Shown here piece by piece: positions 45,968 to 58,904 of a stretch of DNA of 64,000 nt. The notes below the pieces were generated by a model. The model saw nothing but the letters and a program-made list of their open reading frames with translations, searched no databases and was not told where the DNA came from. Source of the stretch: Selaginella moellendorffii. Lineage: Eukaryota > Plantae > Lycopodiophyta. The stretch spans positions 562,062 to 626,061 of the forward strand of contig NW_003314348.1 in NCBI RefSeq assembly GCF_000143415.4, written 5' to 3'. The first letter of the stretch is position 1; each line of letters opens with the position of its first letter. Position numbers and translations under genes: made by a program.

Positions 45968-48736
45968 CTAATCGAAAGGTGGATGATCGTTTTCAGGCCG
46001 TGTGGGCGGTAGAGGTTTCCACCCAGGCTTCTCGTCCCAGAAAAAATCGTAGTAAATGTGGCCTCTTTCCAGGCTCTCCAAGCAGCACCATATTCCCGTG
46101 TATTTTTGGAGCCGCCTCCTAAACTTTAGAGCTTTGTCCTGACAAAAAGCACAAGAAAACAGTGAACTGGAAGCACGATTTGGCTTCACTCACTGACCTT
46201 GTCAACAAAGCCGCCAAAAACGTTTTGCATTGTCGAAAAGTCGAGGATTTTGACGTCCTTGTGTCTGGAGAACTCGTCTCTAAGCTGCAAAAAACATTTG
46301 CCATTGTTTAGAGTGATTTTGAAAGTGACTAGTGTTTACGCTAGTACCTGGGTGTCAGTCATGTTTATCGGTAGTTCAATAGCTCCTTGAGATACTTCCG
46401 AGCTACAGTCCTTGCCTCGAGAACACAACCGGATGGATAGCCTCGACGTTTTTATCTGAAAGAAATTTGTGTGTCAGTGGACAACTTGTTTGTTTATTAG
46501 TACTGTACCTCTTGTGGAACTCGAGGATTTTCCAGAAAAGAATACTCCCGGAAGTCTATCGCAGGCCCGAACTCTTCCTCTGGCATATTTTTCAACATAT
46601 TCGAAACCTGTTGAGCCTGCGGCGTAAGGAAGAGATAGAATACAATACGGACGTAAAAGCTTGCCTCAAAAACATGGTCCATGGGACACAAAAACGGCTG
46701 TGGTGTTTTCGTGTCGTGCAAAATACCCGGATGACCAAACCACAGTCGATCGTTCCTACACCACATTTCGGGCATCACCTGGAGGAAAATAAATCAGCAA
46801 AAAAATGTGAGATGCTTGAACACCACGTACCAAAGTTCGATTCAGAACGTATGCCACAGCAAGCGCTTCCCGCACTCGTTTCATCTGCAGCAAACAACTA
46901 AACAGTGTGAGCGAGTGATGACAGAATAAAGCTGTGACTTCCGCTGCTACAACCGATTCTCAAGGATTAGAAGAAGAACCGCAGTTTGAGAAAAGTACAA
47001 TGAGAAAATACTTGGTAGTTGACCAACGCGAAATGCGTCTCGACGGAGTGGTTCCCTCCCGTCAGTAGCTCCTTCGGTATGGAAGCGTCGAACGCTATGA
47101 AACGCCCTGTAAAGCCGAGAGAAAGCTTACAGATTTGAAAGAATAGAAAGAAGAAACTCTTGCCTTGATAGTACTCTGGCCTGTCAAAAAAGAGTTTGGC
47201 CTCGCGGAGCCGATGCCTCTTTCCTTCAGTTCCCGCAAACTGGAATGTCGTATGTACGGCATACACGTCTAGTCCCAGCTGCTTGTACAAATGCTGCCAC
47301 CATCAAGCAATACCTTTAGAATCTTATCTAATCTTTCAAGCAATAGCATGCGGACCTGTACGAAGTACGTATGTCCACTGCAGAACATGCTCACGGGAAG
47401 TATACCGACTTTCAATGTTCTGTCGAAGGCATAAAACAATCCACGGTCGTTGTCGGGATCGACAGCCTCGCGCGTCCCATTTTGAATCAGCTCGTTGAAA
47501 CCGTTCTGGTCCCAAATCTTTTCATCTTCGAGCTGGATCTGCCAGGCCCGTGCGAACTCCTTCGCGGCTTCAGTTGGCCTCCAGTGAAAAATACCAATGT
47601 TGAGAGCCGCATAAGCTGCAAAACAGAGGAAAAAACATGAAACGGAGGGAAACAAAACCATGCATTCGGAAACTTACATCGTCTCCAATCTTCCAGAGAT
47701 TCGTCAGTCACAGTCGCTATCACGGCGTCACTAGACACCAAAACATCAGCATCAGGATAGCGCTCCATGTATGGTAATGGATTCTGCAAAACACCCGAGC
47801 TGGTTCCAAAGTCCGAGAAAAGTGCGAAAGGTCACACGAGACGATGAAAACTCGTACCTTCATCCACACCATGTCAGTGTCACAGAATAAAACTTCGAAT
47901 CCCATTGCCATGATCGCATTCACCAAGAAAACCTTCTCACGTCCCATTTTATGAAACACGGGAGTTCCCCATCCAACATCAGCAGGATTCATTTCACTGC
48001 CCATGTCAAAAACCGGGACACCTTTCCAGAAAAGCTCCTCCAAAATCTTTCGATCCATAGCACCTGATCAAAACAACAAAAAAAAGATGTACTTAGCTCG
48101 AGGCTATGGCGGTGGAAAACTTAGACGTACCAATGAGAAGATTGGTGACACCAACATCAGTTAAGTGCCTCACCCAAGTCAGCACAAAGTCCTCGAATGC
48201 GTGGTTCGCGAAAGTCACCATGATCACGTTCTTCTTCGCCCGAAACTCCACCATCTCTTTCGAGAGCACAAACGCCTCGCGGGGTGGAAGCTCTGATCCA
48301 TGCGGAGGAATTTCCCAGATAGCCTTCTTGAGCACGTCGTGATTCATAAACTTCTTGGGATCACGCACAGTGGTCGGATCCTCACGGCCACCTCTCTCCT
48401 TTAATTTCGTCTCATCTCCACGATCTAGCAAAGACCGGCAGTGAGTGAGTGAGATCCACTAAATTGGTTGCTTGCAAAAGAGAGAAAGATAACATAAAGA
48501 ACAAAAACTCGAGCACGAGGGCTCCAAGATCGCGAGCTGGAATCTCACTCACCAGGCAAAGGCGGCGACGAAAGAATGTAGGAGGACCGCGAGGCAGCTC
48601 CGAAATTCACCGATCGACCATAGCCCTGGACCGCCCGCGACAAGACCTCCCAGTAGACAGGGCGTCCCAGATAGTAGGAGAAGATCACGAAGGCCGCTAG
48701 GGCGCCCAGCTTGGCGCCGATGGACAGCCGCTTCAT
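45968..48736 (-). CDS. XEG113: GT77 extensin arabinosyltransferase, multi-exon
   Basis: Type II TM N-terminus, VTFANHAF.DFVLTWV, GWG...FHKMGREK, CDTD (DxD), WDQNGFN, FCSGHTYF, HTTFQF.GTEGKRHRLRE and C-terminal GHIYYD.FWDEKPGWKP. Confidence 0.93.
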
Positions 48737-49250
48737 TGCGATCGATCGGCGGGATCGACCGGTTTCTTGGATCCGCGCGACAACATTGGAGCGAGCTACC
48801 TAGTTGACCGGATCCAACGCGGCGGACGGAATATCCCCGGCGCGGCATATGCCGTCATGACGGAAATTCAAGGAACCCTAAACCCAAAAAAACGAAAGCT
48901 GGGTGGCTCATCCCTGGTCCGTGAATGCGCCGGTGAGCTACCTCCAAAAAGGAGGAGATTTTCGCGATGGAATCGATCCAGGAGAGACGAAAGTGTGGGA
49001 GGGAATATGAATCTTTCCAGGTTTGCACAAATGGGGATTTTTTTGGGATGGGAAGAGATAGAGAGCAATGTCGGTGTGTACAACGCGCACTCGGAGATGG
49101 GGTAAAGAAAAGCTCCCTGTGGCTTTGCTTTGTACGTGACAAGGACGTAGCCAGTGGCCTCGCTTTCTTAAGAGCAATGCAATCAAAGCGCGAGAAAAAC
49201 TCCAAGAAGAGCAAGAAGACGAAGATAAAAAAGGAAAGGCCTGCTGGACG

Positions 49251-50404
49251 ATGAGAATGCTGCTCGGATTGCCACAGCTCTGGATTCTTCCGCTGCTCGT
49301 CGTCGTCTTGTTTCAATGCTCGTTTGCACTGGGTATGTCATCTTTTAGTTTTCCGTGGATGAAGTTGATCTCTTTCTTCAAGGATTGTTTGAGATCCCTC
49401 AACTTTGATTGTTTTTGTGTTGCTTGCAGTGATCGACTATAGTTACGTTGGAGCTCGAGGTCCAAGACACTGGGGCGATCTCAAGAGCGACTGGAAAGAG
49501 TGTAGCGATGGAAAGGCGCAGTCGCCGATTGCCATCCGAAGCAAGCACGCCGAGCTAAACTCCAGCTTGCCAGGCCTGCGAGCCCACTACCAGAGCAGCG
49601 TTTGCTCCATCGCTTCCAGCCAGTACATTTTCAAGGCAAATCCAGAGAAACTCCAGAAGTTTTTGTGATCCATCATTCACAAGTTTATGTTCGTTCTCCT
49701 TGCTCAGGTGTTCATTGCTGGAGCACACTGCACACTTCCACTCAACCGGGCAACGTATACGCTCACAGATTTCCACTTCCACATCCCAAGCGAGCACACC
49801 GTGGATGGAACTCGGTAAACTTAAAAAAATCTCTATTTTCTTGGTCGAATTCACAGAGAGAGATTCACAGCTTTCCGCTGGAGCTTCACTTGGTTCACAA
49901 GGTAGCACCAAATTCATCGCAGATCACAGTGGTGTCTAAGCTCTTCAAGCTCGGAAGGAGCGATCCACTTCTCGATCAAGTCAGTAGCGTTGGGATAAAA
50001 AAAGTATAGCCGCTAACGCACCATTGCTCCAGATACTCAAGCTCAAAGAAGGAAACGCTACCATCAACCTCTCCAACTATATCAATCTTCACGGAGGTTA
50101 TTACCGATACCTTGGATCGCTCACAACTCCACCCTGCAGCGAAGGGATTCTTTGGACAATACTAAAGAAGGTTTGCTCTCAAAATCACTCTTTTTCTTCA
50201 TTTTTTTTCTTGCGAAACCATCACATTTTCTACAGACGGGAACAATTTCTAGCAGCCAGATCAAAAGGGTCATAGCTCTGCTGCAGGTAAACTGTTAAAA
50301 ATCAATTTTTGAGATGGATATTTTCTATGGTTTTGCAACAGGGGAAAAACGCAAGGCCACTCCAGAAGATCAACAAAAGAGCCATTTACAAGCACTCTTC
50401 GTGA
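49251..50404 (+). CDS. Alpha-carbonic anhydrase (secreted), about 7 exons
   Basis: Signal peptide, [48 protein letters not shown]. Intron 2 needs a GC donor at 49636. Confidence 0.9.
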
Positions 50405-50555
50405 AACATGTCAGAAGAATCCAAAGAAAAAAATGCATTGTCCAAAGAAACTAAATGACAATAAGTTTTGAGTTAGGGCTTTGGGCTTATCAACGAACGG
50501 CTTCGATGGATCCAATCGAACGGCTGTAGATCGAGGAGATTTGAGGTTTTCGGCT

Positions 50556-51992
50556 ATGGAGGAGGAGGAGCCACACCCCGGCAGCGCTGCTTGTGACTTC
50601 CCAGTGCTACGCGTGGTCGGCGCATTGGAGCGTGTGAGGCCGCTCCCGGCGGGGCGGCATTCTCTGCTGGCTCGGATCGCGCGAGGTGCGCGCTCCGTCT
50701 TGGATCACCGGCCGGAGGACTCCGTGGTGCTCAATGCCGAGCGCGCAATGCTGCTCTTCAGCTCCGCCGCGCTGGGGTCTCGAATCAGCGGCCCCCTAGG
50801 TCGGGATTCTTCTCCTCCCGGTAATATCTCTTCCAGGTCTAAAGAAATTAGAGAGAGAGGGAATGATCCGGACAAGAGGCTGCGTCTCACTGGCTCCCAC
50901 GCTGTAAGTTTTCCACGATCTTCCTTGCAAAATTCTAGTTTTGATCGTTCCAGACTGTTATCGATCAACTTTCTTCGTTTTTTCTTTCAGAGTTTACTTT
51001 CTTCGTTTTTTTCTTTTGAAGTTCTAGTTTTCTTCAATCGTTCTAATCGAGAACTGACTGTTTTCGATCAACTTTCTTCGTTTTTCTTTCTAGATTGGAT
51101 CGAGAACCATGGTGGACAGTGTGATCGAGGGGACGAGCATCCAATTCACAGAGCTCCGTGTGAGAATTATCCACACGCCTCCAATCCCTCGACTCGCGGA
51201 TGGACGAATCTCTCTCACCGCTGGAACTGACTTGCGTTGTCGCCATCGTGTCGCCGTGGAGAGCATGATGTGGTGCAAAACTGCTGTAATTTTTTAGCAC
51301 CAATCAGTGTGTGTTCTTTCACATACTTTTTTTCTTACGTTTTTCTTTTTTTGTTCTTCATTGCAGTTCTCAAGACGATAAACATTCCTTGTCGAGCATC
51401 GTTTCCAGCACCGACTTTTCGTCGCCACCGGCCTGGGGGATTGCAACCTCTCACAAGTGAGTAAATCTTATTCTATTTCTTCAGTTTTTTCAAGCAAAGA
51501 GATACGATTTTCTATGCCATTTGTTTTTCGGCTTGTGCAGATTTGCCAGAGGATTAAGCGTGTTTTCGAGATACAGCAACGATCACTACGCCGGGAAGAG
51601 CGTGATCTTGCAGGTATGTTCGTGCAGCTTCCACGACGATGCGAGAGAAAATTAAAATGGCATTTACTTGTCGTACAGGCTGTTCAGAGGCACGGGAGGA
51701 ATACTATATCGCCGATCTGCTCAGTTTCCTCTAAAGGGCGAGTGCAAGCTGGAATCACATGGAAGAGCACGATTCACTGCAGCAAAGGTTGTTTTTCTCC
51801 TCTTCCATTGTTTTCTTTACAAATTCGTGTGTGCTCGCCTGTTCTCTTTCCAGAGAATGGGAGCGAGGATTTTTTCCAGTTGAAAGCGCTCTGGAGCCAA
51901 AAAGGCGCCTTCTCCGTGCTCTTGAAAGCCCAGCTCGGGGATCCAGTAGAATGGTCGCAGTGAGCAAAGAGAAAAAGAGATTTTTTATGTAA
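50556..51992 (+). CDS. Unidentified multi-exon gene or pseudogene
   Basis: GC-rich first ORF followed by alternating T-rich intron-like and exon-like blocks with GT/AG sites; no recognised motif and frame continuity unclear. Confidence 0.3.
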
Positions 51993-52390
51993 ATAAGAGA
52001 TTAAAAAAAGCTTTTCTAGCCAATCAGCAAGCCGAGAAAAGCGAGAAAACGCGAGAAAATACCGATTTTTCGGAGCTCGCCAGCCAAGTGAAGCGACAGT
52101 ATCTCAGTTCTTCCCTAAAATAGCGGGAGTCAACTGAAAGAACACGCTGCCCGGCGGTTAGGCCGCGCTGCCCGGCAGTTTAGTTAGCGGCATTTCAAAG
52201 TAGCGGGCAGCGGGCAGCGCCTAGAGCTCCCGACACTCAACTGGAAAGAGTGTTTTGTGCTGCTCTAGTGTCCCCGGCGGCGGCGGCGGCGGCGGGAGCT
52301 TTCTTTGCCAATTCTTTGCCAAGATCAACGGGGAGAGGAACAGCGCAAGATCTAGAGCTCCACCGAGCGAGTGTGAGTGGATTTCTTGGC

Positions 52391-52750
52391 ATGAATTTGT
52401 GTGGAATTGGGCTTCGAAGTGTTAAGATCTCTCCCCAATTGGAGGTGGAAGATCGTAGGATGAGTGGGAGCCAGGCCGCAGAGGAAAGGAAAGAGGAAGA
52501 ATGCGCGACTCCAAAAGGGCGGCAGCACCAAATTCCCGAGCCAGCAGCGTGGGCGCCGCCGCAGCCGCCCAACAAGCCCCGCCCCGCCAAGAGGAACAGC
52601 AATTCGAGCAGGGATTTCTTTGTGGTGGCTGACGACGATGAGATCTTCGCTCCACTACGCAACGAGCAGCATCACCAGCCTCGAAAGGTCCACAAATCCG
52701 AGCTCACGATCCCCTGCACAAATGCAAATGCCAAGCCAGTGAAGTGGTAA
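52391..52750 (+). CDS. SMR: SIAMESE-RELATED (SMR)-like CDK inhibitor
   Basis: ECATPK, HQIP, PPQPPNKPR and RDFF....DEIF in the SMR motif order; short and intronless. Start could be 52391 or 52460. Confidence 0.7.
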   Translation: MNLCGIGLRSVKISPQLEVEDRRMSGSQAAEERKEEECATPKGRQHQIPEPAAWAPPQPPNKPRPAKRNSNSSRDFFVVADDDEIFAPLRNEQHHQPRKVHKSELTIPCTNANAKPVKW

Positions 52751-53122
52751 TTGTTAATAGTACATTAACACTAACTTAATTATAATTAATGTTTATATTA
52801 ATTCAAATGTATATATATTTATAAAGGGTTCTTATCAACGAGGGACCATCGAATATTCTTTGAATTTGACCATCATGATTCTCGTTGTTTACACCAAAAC
52901 CAGCCACTGGGTTTAGCCGTCCGATGCCACCATCCTACGGCCCAATTTTGATCTTGGAGAAAAATCTCCGGGTCATCCAACCGGCGGCGAAGGATCATAG
53001 ACGAATCCCCCGCCGAGCTGGCGCTCTGATCCCTCAACTCCCGCGGTCTCTTCGCTTCCTCGCCACGTTTCTAAGATGTAGCCATCCATTTTCGACATCG
53101 CCCCTGTGCGCGCTGGCCGATC

Positions 53123-53622
53123 ATGGATGCGTGACTCCTAGGGGATCTCCTGTTCAATGGCGAGCCCAATAGCCAGGAGTTTGATTCCTTGCTTCGGCTT
53201 CTCGAGCAGCAGGAGGAGAACGAGTCCTGCGCTGCTGCCTTCGCATCGGCGCTAAAGCATGGTGACGCGCCAATGCAGGCAGAGCAGTCATCAAAGGGTG
53301 AGTCAAAGCTCTTCTTTTCCTCGCCTTTCCGCTTACAGGTTTTCGGGAAGACGCATTGCTGCAGCGTTTCTCGTTGGAACGAATTCACTCCGGAGATGGA
53401 GGGGAGAATTCTTGTTTTCAAGAAGATCGGCAGCACCAGCACGACATTCTCCAGCAGGCACGGCCAGAAGATGCAAGCAAGAAGGGTTGTAGAAAAAGAT
53501 ATCTCCACCCCATAGCTGCAACAGAGAAGATGGAAGCAAGGAATCAAACTGTTCTCTGTTGCAGCTATGGGGTGGAGATATCTTTTTATGAAGTAGTTGG
53601 TAGCAGAGACAGGATTGAGTGA
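53123..53622 (+). pseudogene. Decayed unidentified gene with a premature TGA at codon 4
   Basis: ATG GAT GCG TGA followed by an open frame, a GT-AG intron (about 53298-53338) and a second exon-like ORF. Confidence 0.35.
53493..53587. repeat. Perfect 36-bp inverted repeat with 23-nt spacer (candidate small-RNA hairpin)
   Basis: aaaaagatatctccaccccatagctgcaacagagaa (53493-53528) is the exact reverse complement of 53552-53587. Confidence 0.95.
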
Positions 53623-54309
53623 GCAACAAATCTCTTACTGGCTCAACAATAAGAGGAGACGCACAAAGACGGTGATTTCATCCTGTGTCGTGGTTCTCAA
53701 GAAATGTTACCGCTCTAGAGGGCCACCAGCCCAACCATGTGGTTTCTGTCGTCGATTACCTGATTGATCTGTTCTGTTTTATAGGGCATTCTTCACGCAG
53801 CATTGCACAACGACTACTGGAGCCTCATTGAATTATTTTCTAGTGTGAGTGCACTTTGTTATCGAAAGCAGAGAAAGTTCCTCCAGTCGCATTGATCCAA
53901 TCGACGATACGTTGTCTCTGAGCCGAGCATCTTTACGCAGAAGAAAAGATAAATATTAGATGAGGCAAGTCAAGTATTTTACTTGCATATGCAACGTTTC
54001 CACCTTCAGCTGGATGTCCCAGCACTCTCAGATCGCAAAGGTTCACTGGTTTCAATATATTCTTTCACATATCTCCTCAAATGTTTATTAAAATTCTTAG
54101 AATATTTTGTTATACCAAAAGTATTCTGTCAAGGTTTTAAATTGACAGTTTTAGAGGCAATAAAGGATAAAAAGAACATTAATTATAATAAAATTAAATG
54201 CAATCTCAAATTCTTAGTGGCAATTGTTAATTAATAGAGGTTTAGAGTTTAGCTCATATTTTTCAGTTAATATAATAATTTTCTGCATGTTGCATGCAGT
54301 CACATTTTG

Positions 54310-54545
54310 TTTTATTATCATATTTATTAATCAAATTGATCAAAAGTTTATAATTTATAAACATAAGATTAATCTTATTGCATATCAACCATTAGATGGT
54401 AGAATATACTAGAATATACTAGAAAGTGTTTAAAAAATTTTATAAATTATAAATGCAAGATTAATCTAAATAAATAACAACCGTTAGATGGTAGAATATC
54501 CTAGGATATCCAAGCATATTCTAGATATATCCACTACCATCCTTG
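54310..54545. repeat. AT-rich dispersed repeat; inverted homolog of 4875-5140
   Basis: caaccattagatggtagaatat and caaccgttagatggtagaatatc units, plus caagcatattctag. Confidence 0.85.
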
Positions 54546-56672
54546 GTTTGATTAAGCAAACCTAAAACTTTATTGTACTAATATTAAATTCGATATCCAA
54601 TAACTAAAAGCAAGACATTCAAAAGTGTTTTATTTTGTATTGAGACTAATTATTAGAGTAAGACTTCTCTTATCTATAATGTAATTTTATATAAATTATT
54701 TTATTAATAATATAAATATCTTTCTTGACTTATTTTTCTGTAATTTAATATAAAAAATTTATTATTAATAATGTAAAATCCATAATATTGCAGATCTAAA
54801 GTTTAATATTTGAATACACATAATAAGAAATATATATATGCTTGCAAGGGATGAAAGATTTACCATAGACGTCCCCATTTATAGTATCAATTCCAAGGTT
54901 GAGAACTATAAATTTGTGATGATGGTATTATTGTTTGATACTGTTACTTTTAACTTTTGCCTTCAACTTTCAACTCCAATGCCTTTAAATATGTTATCCT
55001 TTGACCAAGTATTTGTAATTTTCATATATTTGTTTTTTTTTTTGTCTTTGGAATTTCTTGAGAAAGCTTTAGGCTTGAGCTTCTAACTTTGGTTGTAAAG
55101 TGTTTTTTTTTTTAAATTTAAAACCTATTTAAATTAGAGTAAATTAACTAATACATGTTCTAGTAACCTATGCTGTAACTTATGTTGAATTAAGCCTATG
55201 AATTGATCAAAGTGTTGTGGAGGATTAACATTGTCCCTAGACAAAGGAGCTGGAATGTGTACCACACAATTTTCCTTCAATCCAAGCAAAACATTTGACA
55301 GTGAATTTTATTATCATACTCCCTTTACTAAATCTGCTATTTGCATTTAGCATCAAGGTGTCACATATTCCCCTTTTAGAATATTATTTATGAATATGCT
55401 TTTCATTGGACAGTTACTATTTGATTAGATTCAAATAGCTGAAACGTTTCCATTTATTTTTTGTTCCAGGTTTATTCTCTTTTTCAGTGCCAAGAAACAA
55501 CTAACCTGGACTCTGGATGAGACTTTTGACCAATGCTTTTGGCTATTGCGACTTGTGCTGGAACAAATGGTGAGAAAATCTGCAAATCTTTATCTTTTGT
55601 GGCATTCATGCCTCTCTTTGCCTTGATGTTGGTACTCCCCGTTCTATTTAAGATACAAGGTATGTGAGATTTGCAAATCCTTTCTCACTCTTTCAAGAGA
55701 ATTTGTATTCTTCTTCTTTGGCTAGTAACTACAGTTTCATGTGCTGTAGTTTCAAGATCACTCTTGCTTTGGATCTTGGAGGAGTGCCTCAGCACTTTAC
55801 AGTAGCTGGGAGTCACTGTCTAGCAGCCAGCCTGCTGCATCCTTCAAGTATGTTAATGAAGCTATGAATTCTTGGACATCTATTTTTCTCTAGCAGTGGC
55901 TGTTTAAGCTCTTCCAGTTTTTGAACAAGATTCCCACCGGCAACAAAAAGCTAAGATATCAAGAGCATTGTCTGTGAAGGATTGGAAGTGAATCTCATGA
56001 GTCTGGCAACCCAAAGCTGTTCTGAACGAACAAATGGATGGGATATGTGTTTTATCTATACCTTGCATTCAATCTGTCAAGGTAATTTAAGCAATGTCTT
56101 TCATATCTTTTCTTTGTTTATCCTTCTATCTGTTCATTCTGTGGTTTTGTCCTTGACATAGTTAATGTTCTTTAAGCTTGGCAAAGTTGAGCACGGGATT
56201 GATTATGCACTATTTTAAGCTTGCTTAAATCTCCAATTTGTAAACTTCAGTGACTTGGTTTTTCCAGATTCGGAGGTCTTACCAGAGTGCATGGATTAAG
56301 CTTCAAGCTTGAGAGGGGTGGTCAAGCGTTTTTGAAAGTCTTGAGAGCCCAGGCCAGAGTGACTTAGATTGTGTCATTGCAGGCAAATTTAGGACAAAAG
56401 GACCTTGTGTCCTTGTTCATTCCAGACTAGCAAGAGAAAATGCCAAATATTTCAAACCTTGCACTAGAACAAATACTAAAACTGCTTACTAGATGCTCCT
56501 TATCTATTTACAAGGCATCACATCAGCAAACTTTCAAAGTTCTCCAAGGCTTAACTTCTTAATCCTGGAAGTGTGGGTGACTACAAAACATTCACTTCAT
56601 TCTTTGAGTTGCTTGAAGTTGCCATGAGGCCTCCAACTAATGCCAACGCAATGCAGTAGTAGTTTGAGTAGA

Positions 56673-57250
56673 TTATCCAGTTAAATTTGTGAAGATTGCT
56701 GCAACCTCATTTGACATAGGTCCATTATATCTTCTTGGATCAATATTCTTCTCTCTTTTAATATACATAACTACATAATGTATTCTTGGATTTCCATTTC
56801 CAACTGTATTTATATTTTGTATTTCTTCCTCTATATCTTTTAGCATCTTAAAGGCTTTAGCAAAGGGATTTATATCTTGCAATAATATATCTATTACATT
56901 TCATGTTATATTGGTTTTTCATCCATTCTTTAGTGGGATGTAATGTATTTAGAATATATATAGTTGTGAATATTTTGCTCCTTCAGTGTCTTTTGGCCTA
57001 AAACTACCAATGGAATGATATGCTTCTCCATAAATCTTAAAATAATATGGGCCACCAAACTCCATTTCTTCAATATTTGGTCCCATCAATGCAAATGTTA
57101 GTGCGTTATTATAATTTCATATGAGCTCTCTAAAATGTCCTCGGTGCATTGTACCAGATAATAAGTCACAAATCAACAATGGAAACTGAAAGTTATCAAC
57201 TATAAGAACGTGTCTACCATGACAACATTGACTTTTATACACAATGTTTA
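56673..57250 (-). mobile_element. Degenerate Helitron Rep/helicase N-terminal fragment
   Basis: CCHG...FRELI*NYNNALTFALMG...GPYYFKIYGEAYHSIGS...YSQLYI and INPFAKAFK...DPRRYNGP..NEVAAIF match recalled Helitron RepHel motifs. Confidence 0.82.
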
Positions 57251-57970
57251 TTATTTTACAGTTACTATTGTTATTGAATTGCAGTAATCCCATATATATA
57301 CTTGGTTGCTGAACTATTATCTTCTCATTCTTTATACAAGTTCTTTCATGTGCAAAATCAATTATAATATTCATATTTTTTTCTTGTTCATTCAAAATGT
57401 GAATTCTAATATTTGTACTTGGCAACATTTCTCCTCTTGAGTTACTAATCATTTGCAAATATGGTGCTTCTGGAGGTATTTTTGAAATAGATGTTAATTT
57501 ACCATCATACAAAATCAATTCATTTGTTTTCTGTTTACATTTCCCACCCATTTTATATTCAATTTTTTCAGTTATTTCTATATGTAGTATCTTATATAGA
57601 TGAAAGACATTGGACTGTTAATATGGATAGTGTAATAGGCAAGTTTGAAAATCTTTTGGCCAGAGTTAGGTAGGAAATGGTAATAGTGCAATATATAAGA
57701 AATAGTTTGTTTTCAAAGGAATATAAGAAGCAATGATAGTACTTCTATGTGAGTATCAAGCCAAGGTACATATTAGAAAATGGCAAAACACTTACAAAGC
57801 TTTTGAAAAGTTCTTTTGCACCTATTCACTTCTCATAAATATAATCTTAATGGAACAATTAAAAATGCTTTTCTCTATATCACAGAAAGGGCTTTGCTAA
57901 AAATAATTTTATAAAGAAAGGTATATTTCAATACAATATCATCTAATATCATAGTAATGTGAAAACAACA

Positions 57971-58887
57971 CACTAGCAAGACTACTAACTTCCACTTAAT
58001 GAGTCAAGTAGTAATGACATACTTAATGCTAGCAATCAATTGTGGAAAAAGGCCCCATCAGATCAAAGGCTACTAACTCAAACGAAAGGGAAATTGCAAT
58101 TAACTTTAATTGTCTTTGTACAACACAAGGGAGAATATTACAAGTTTGGCACCAAATGTAGTTATGCACATATTAGATAACATCATGTTGCACTTTTAGC
58201 CAATAGAAAGATTTATGTAGCATTTCGGTCACACGATAATGTTCTATATGCTCACCTTAAATAAGAGAATCATGGTAGGCATGGAGAAAGCATGGAATAA
58301 AGATCAAAGCCACCACTAGCCATAAATGATTATTAGGATTTATCCTTACAAAATAAAAAAACCGTTCTAAAGGTGATATTGAGAATTTAAATGCCGAAAT
58401 GGCAAGTCATCAACAAGTGATGCAGGATTTTCAAACTCATTGCAAAGTCTTCAAATCTATGGCTCAATCTTTTAAGCCTTGTGAATCTCATTAAAAGAAG
58501 GTAAATATTGCTCTACACATTGTGGACACTGAACATCAAGTATAGCAACTGCCGACGGCACAAAATCTTTGTCTAAAAAATTTATAAATGTTGGAATAAT
58601 AAATTTGTCAAAAACATGAGAAGAGAGTGAAGAAGGAAGAGGAGATCAAAAAAGGGCATCAACATCAACCATAGAACTCCTCAGGAAATGAATAATATCA
58701 AAATCATATATCTAAAGCTTTAGAGCACACCAAGCAATATGACCAATTAAGTTCTTTCATTTTAATAATAAAGTAATGGCAGCATGATCACCTTCTAGTA
58801 ACATCTGAAAACTATGTAAATATATATGAAGTTTCTCAAAACCCCAAACTGTTGCTAAACACTCCTTCTTTGTTGTGGAATAATTCA
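57971..58887 (-). mobile_element. Ty3/gypsy RNaseH-integrase fragment, same family as 2775-3966
   Basis: Reverse complement aligns with 2775-3966 (NYSTTKKECLA; tttgagttagt.gc.tttgatct.at.gggcctttt). Confidence 0.88.
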
Positions 58888-58904
58888 CCTCCATTAGTTA
58901 TAAT

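Noticed and set aside
55400-56650. Possible LINE 3' fragment or Helitron-captured sequence
   Set aside because: Only vague Trp-rich hints and no RT or endonuclease motif; left unannotated.
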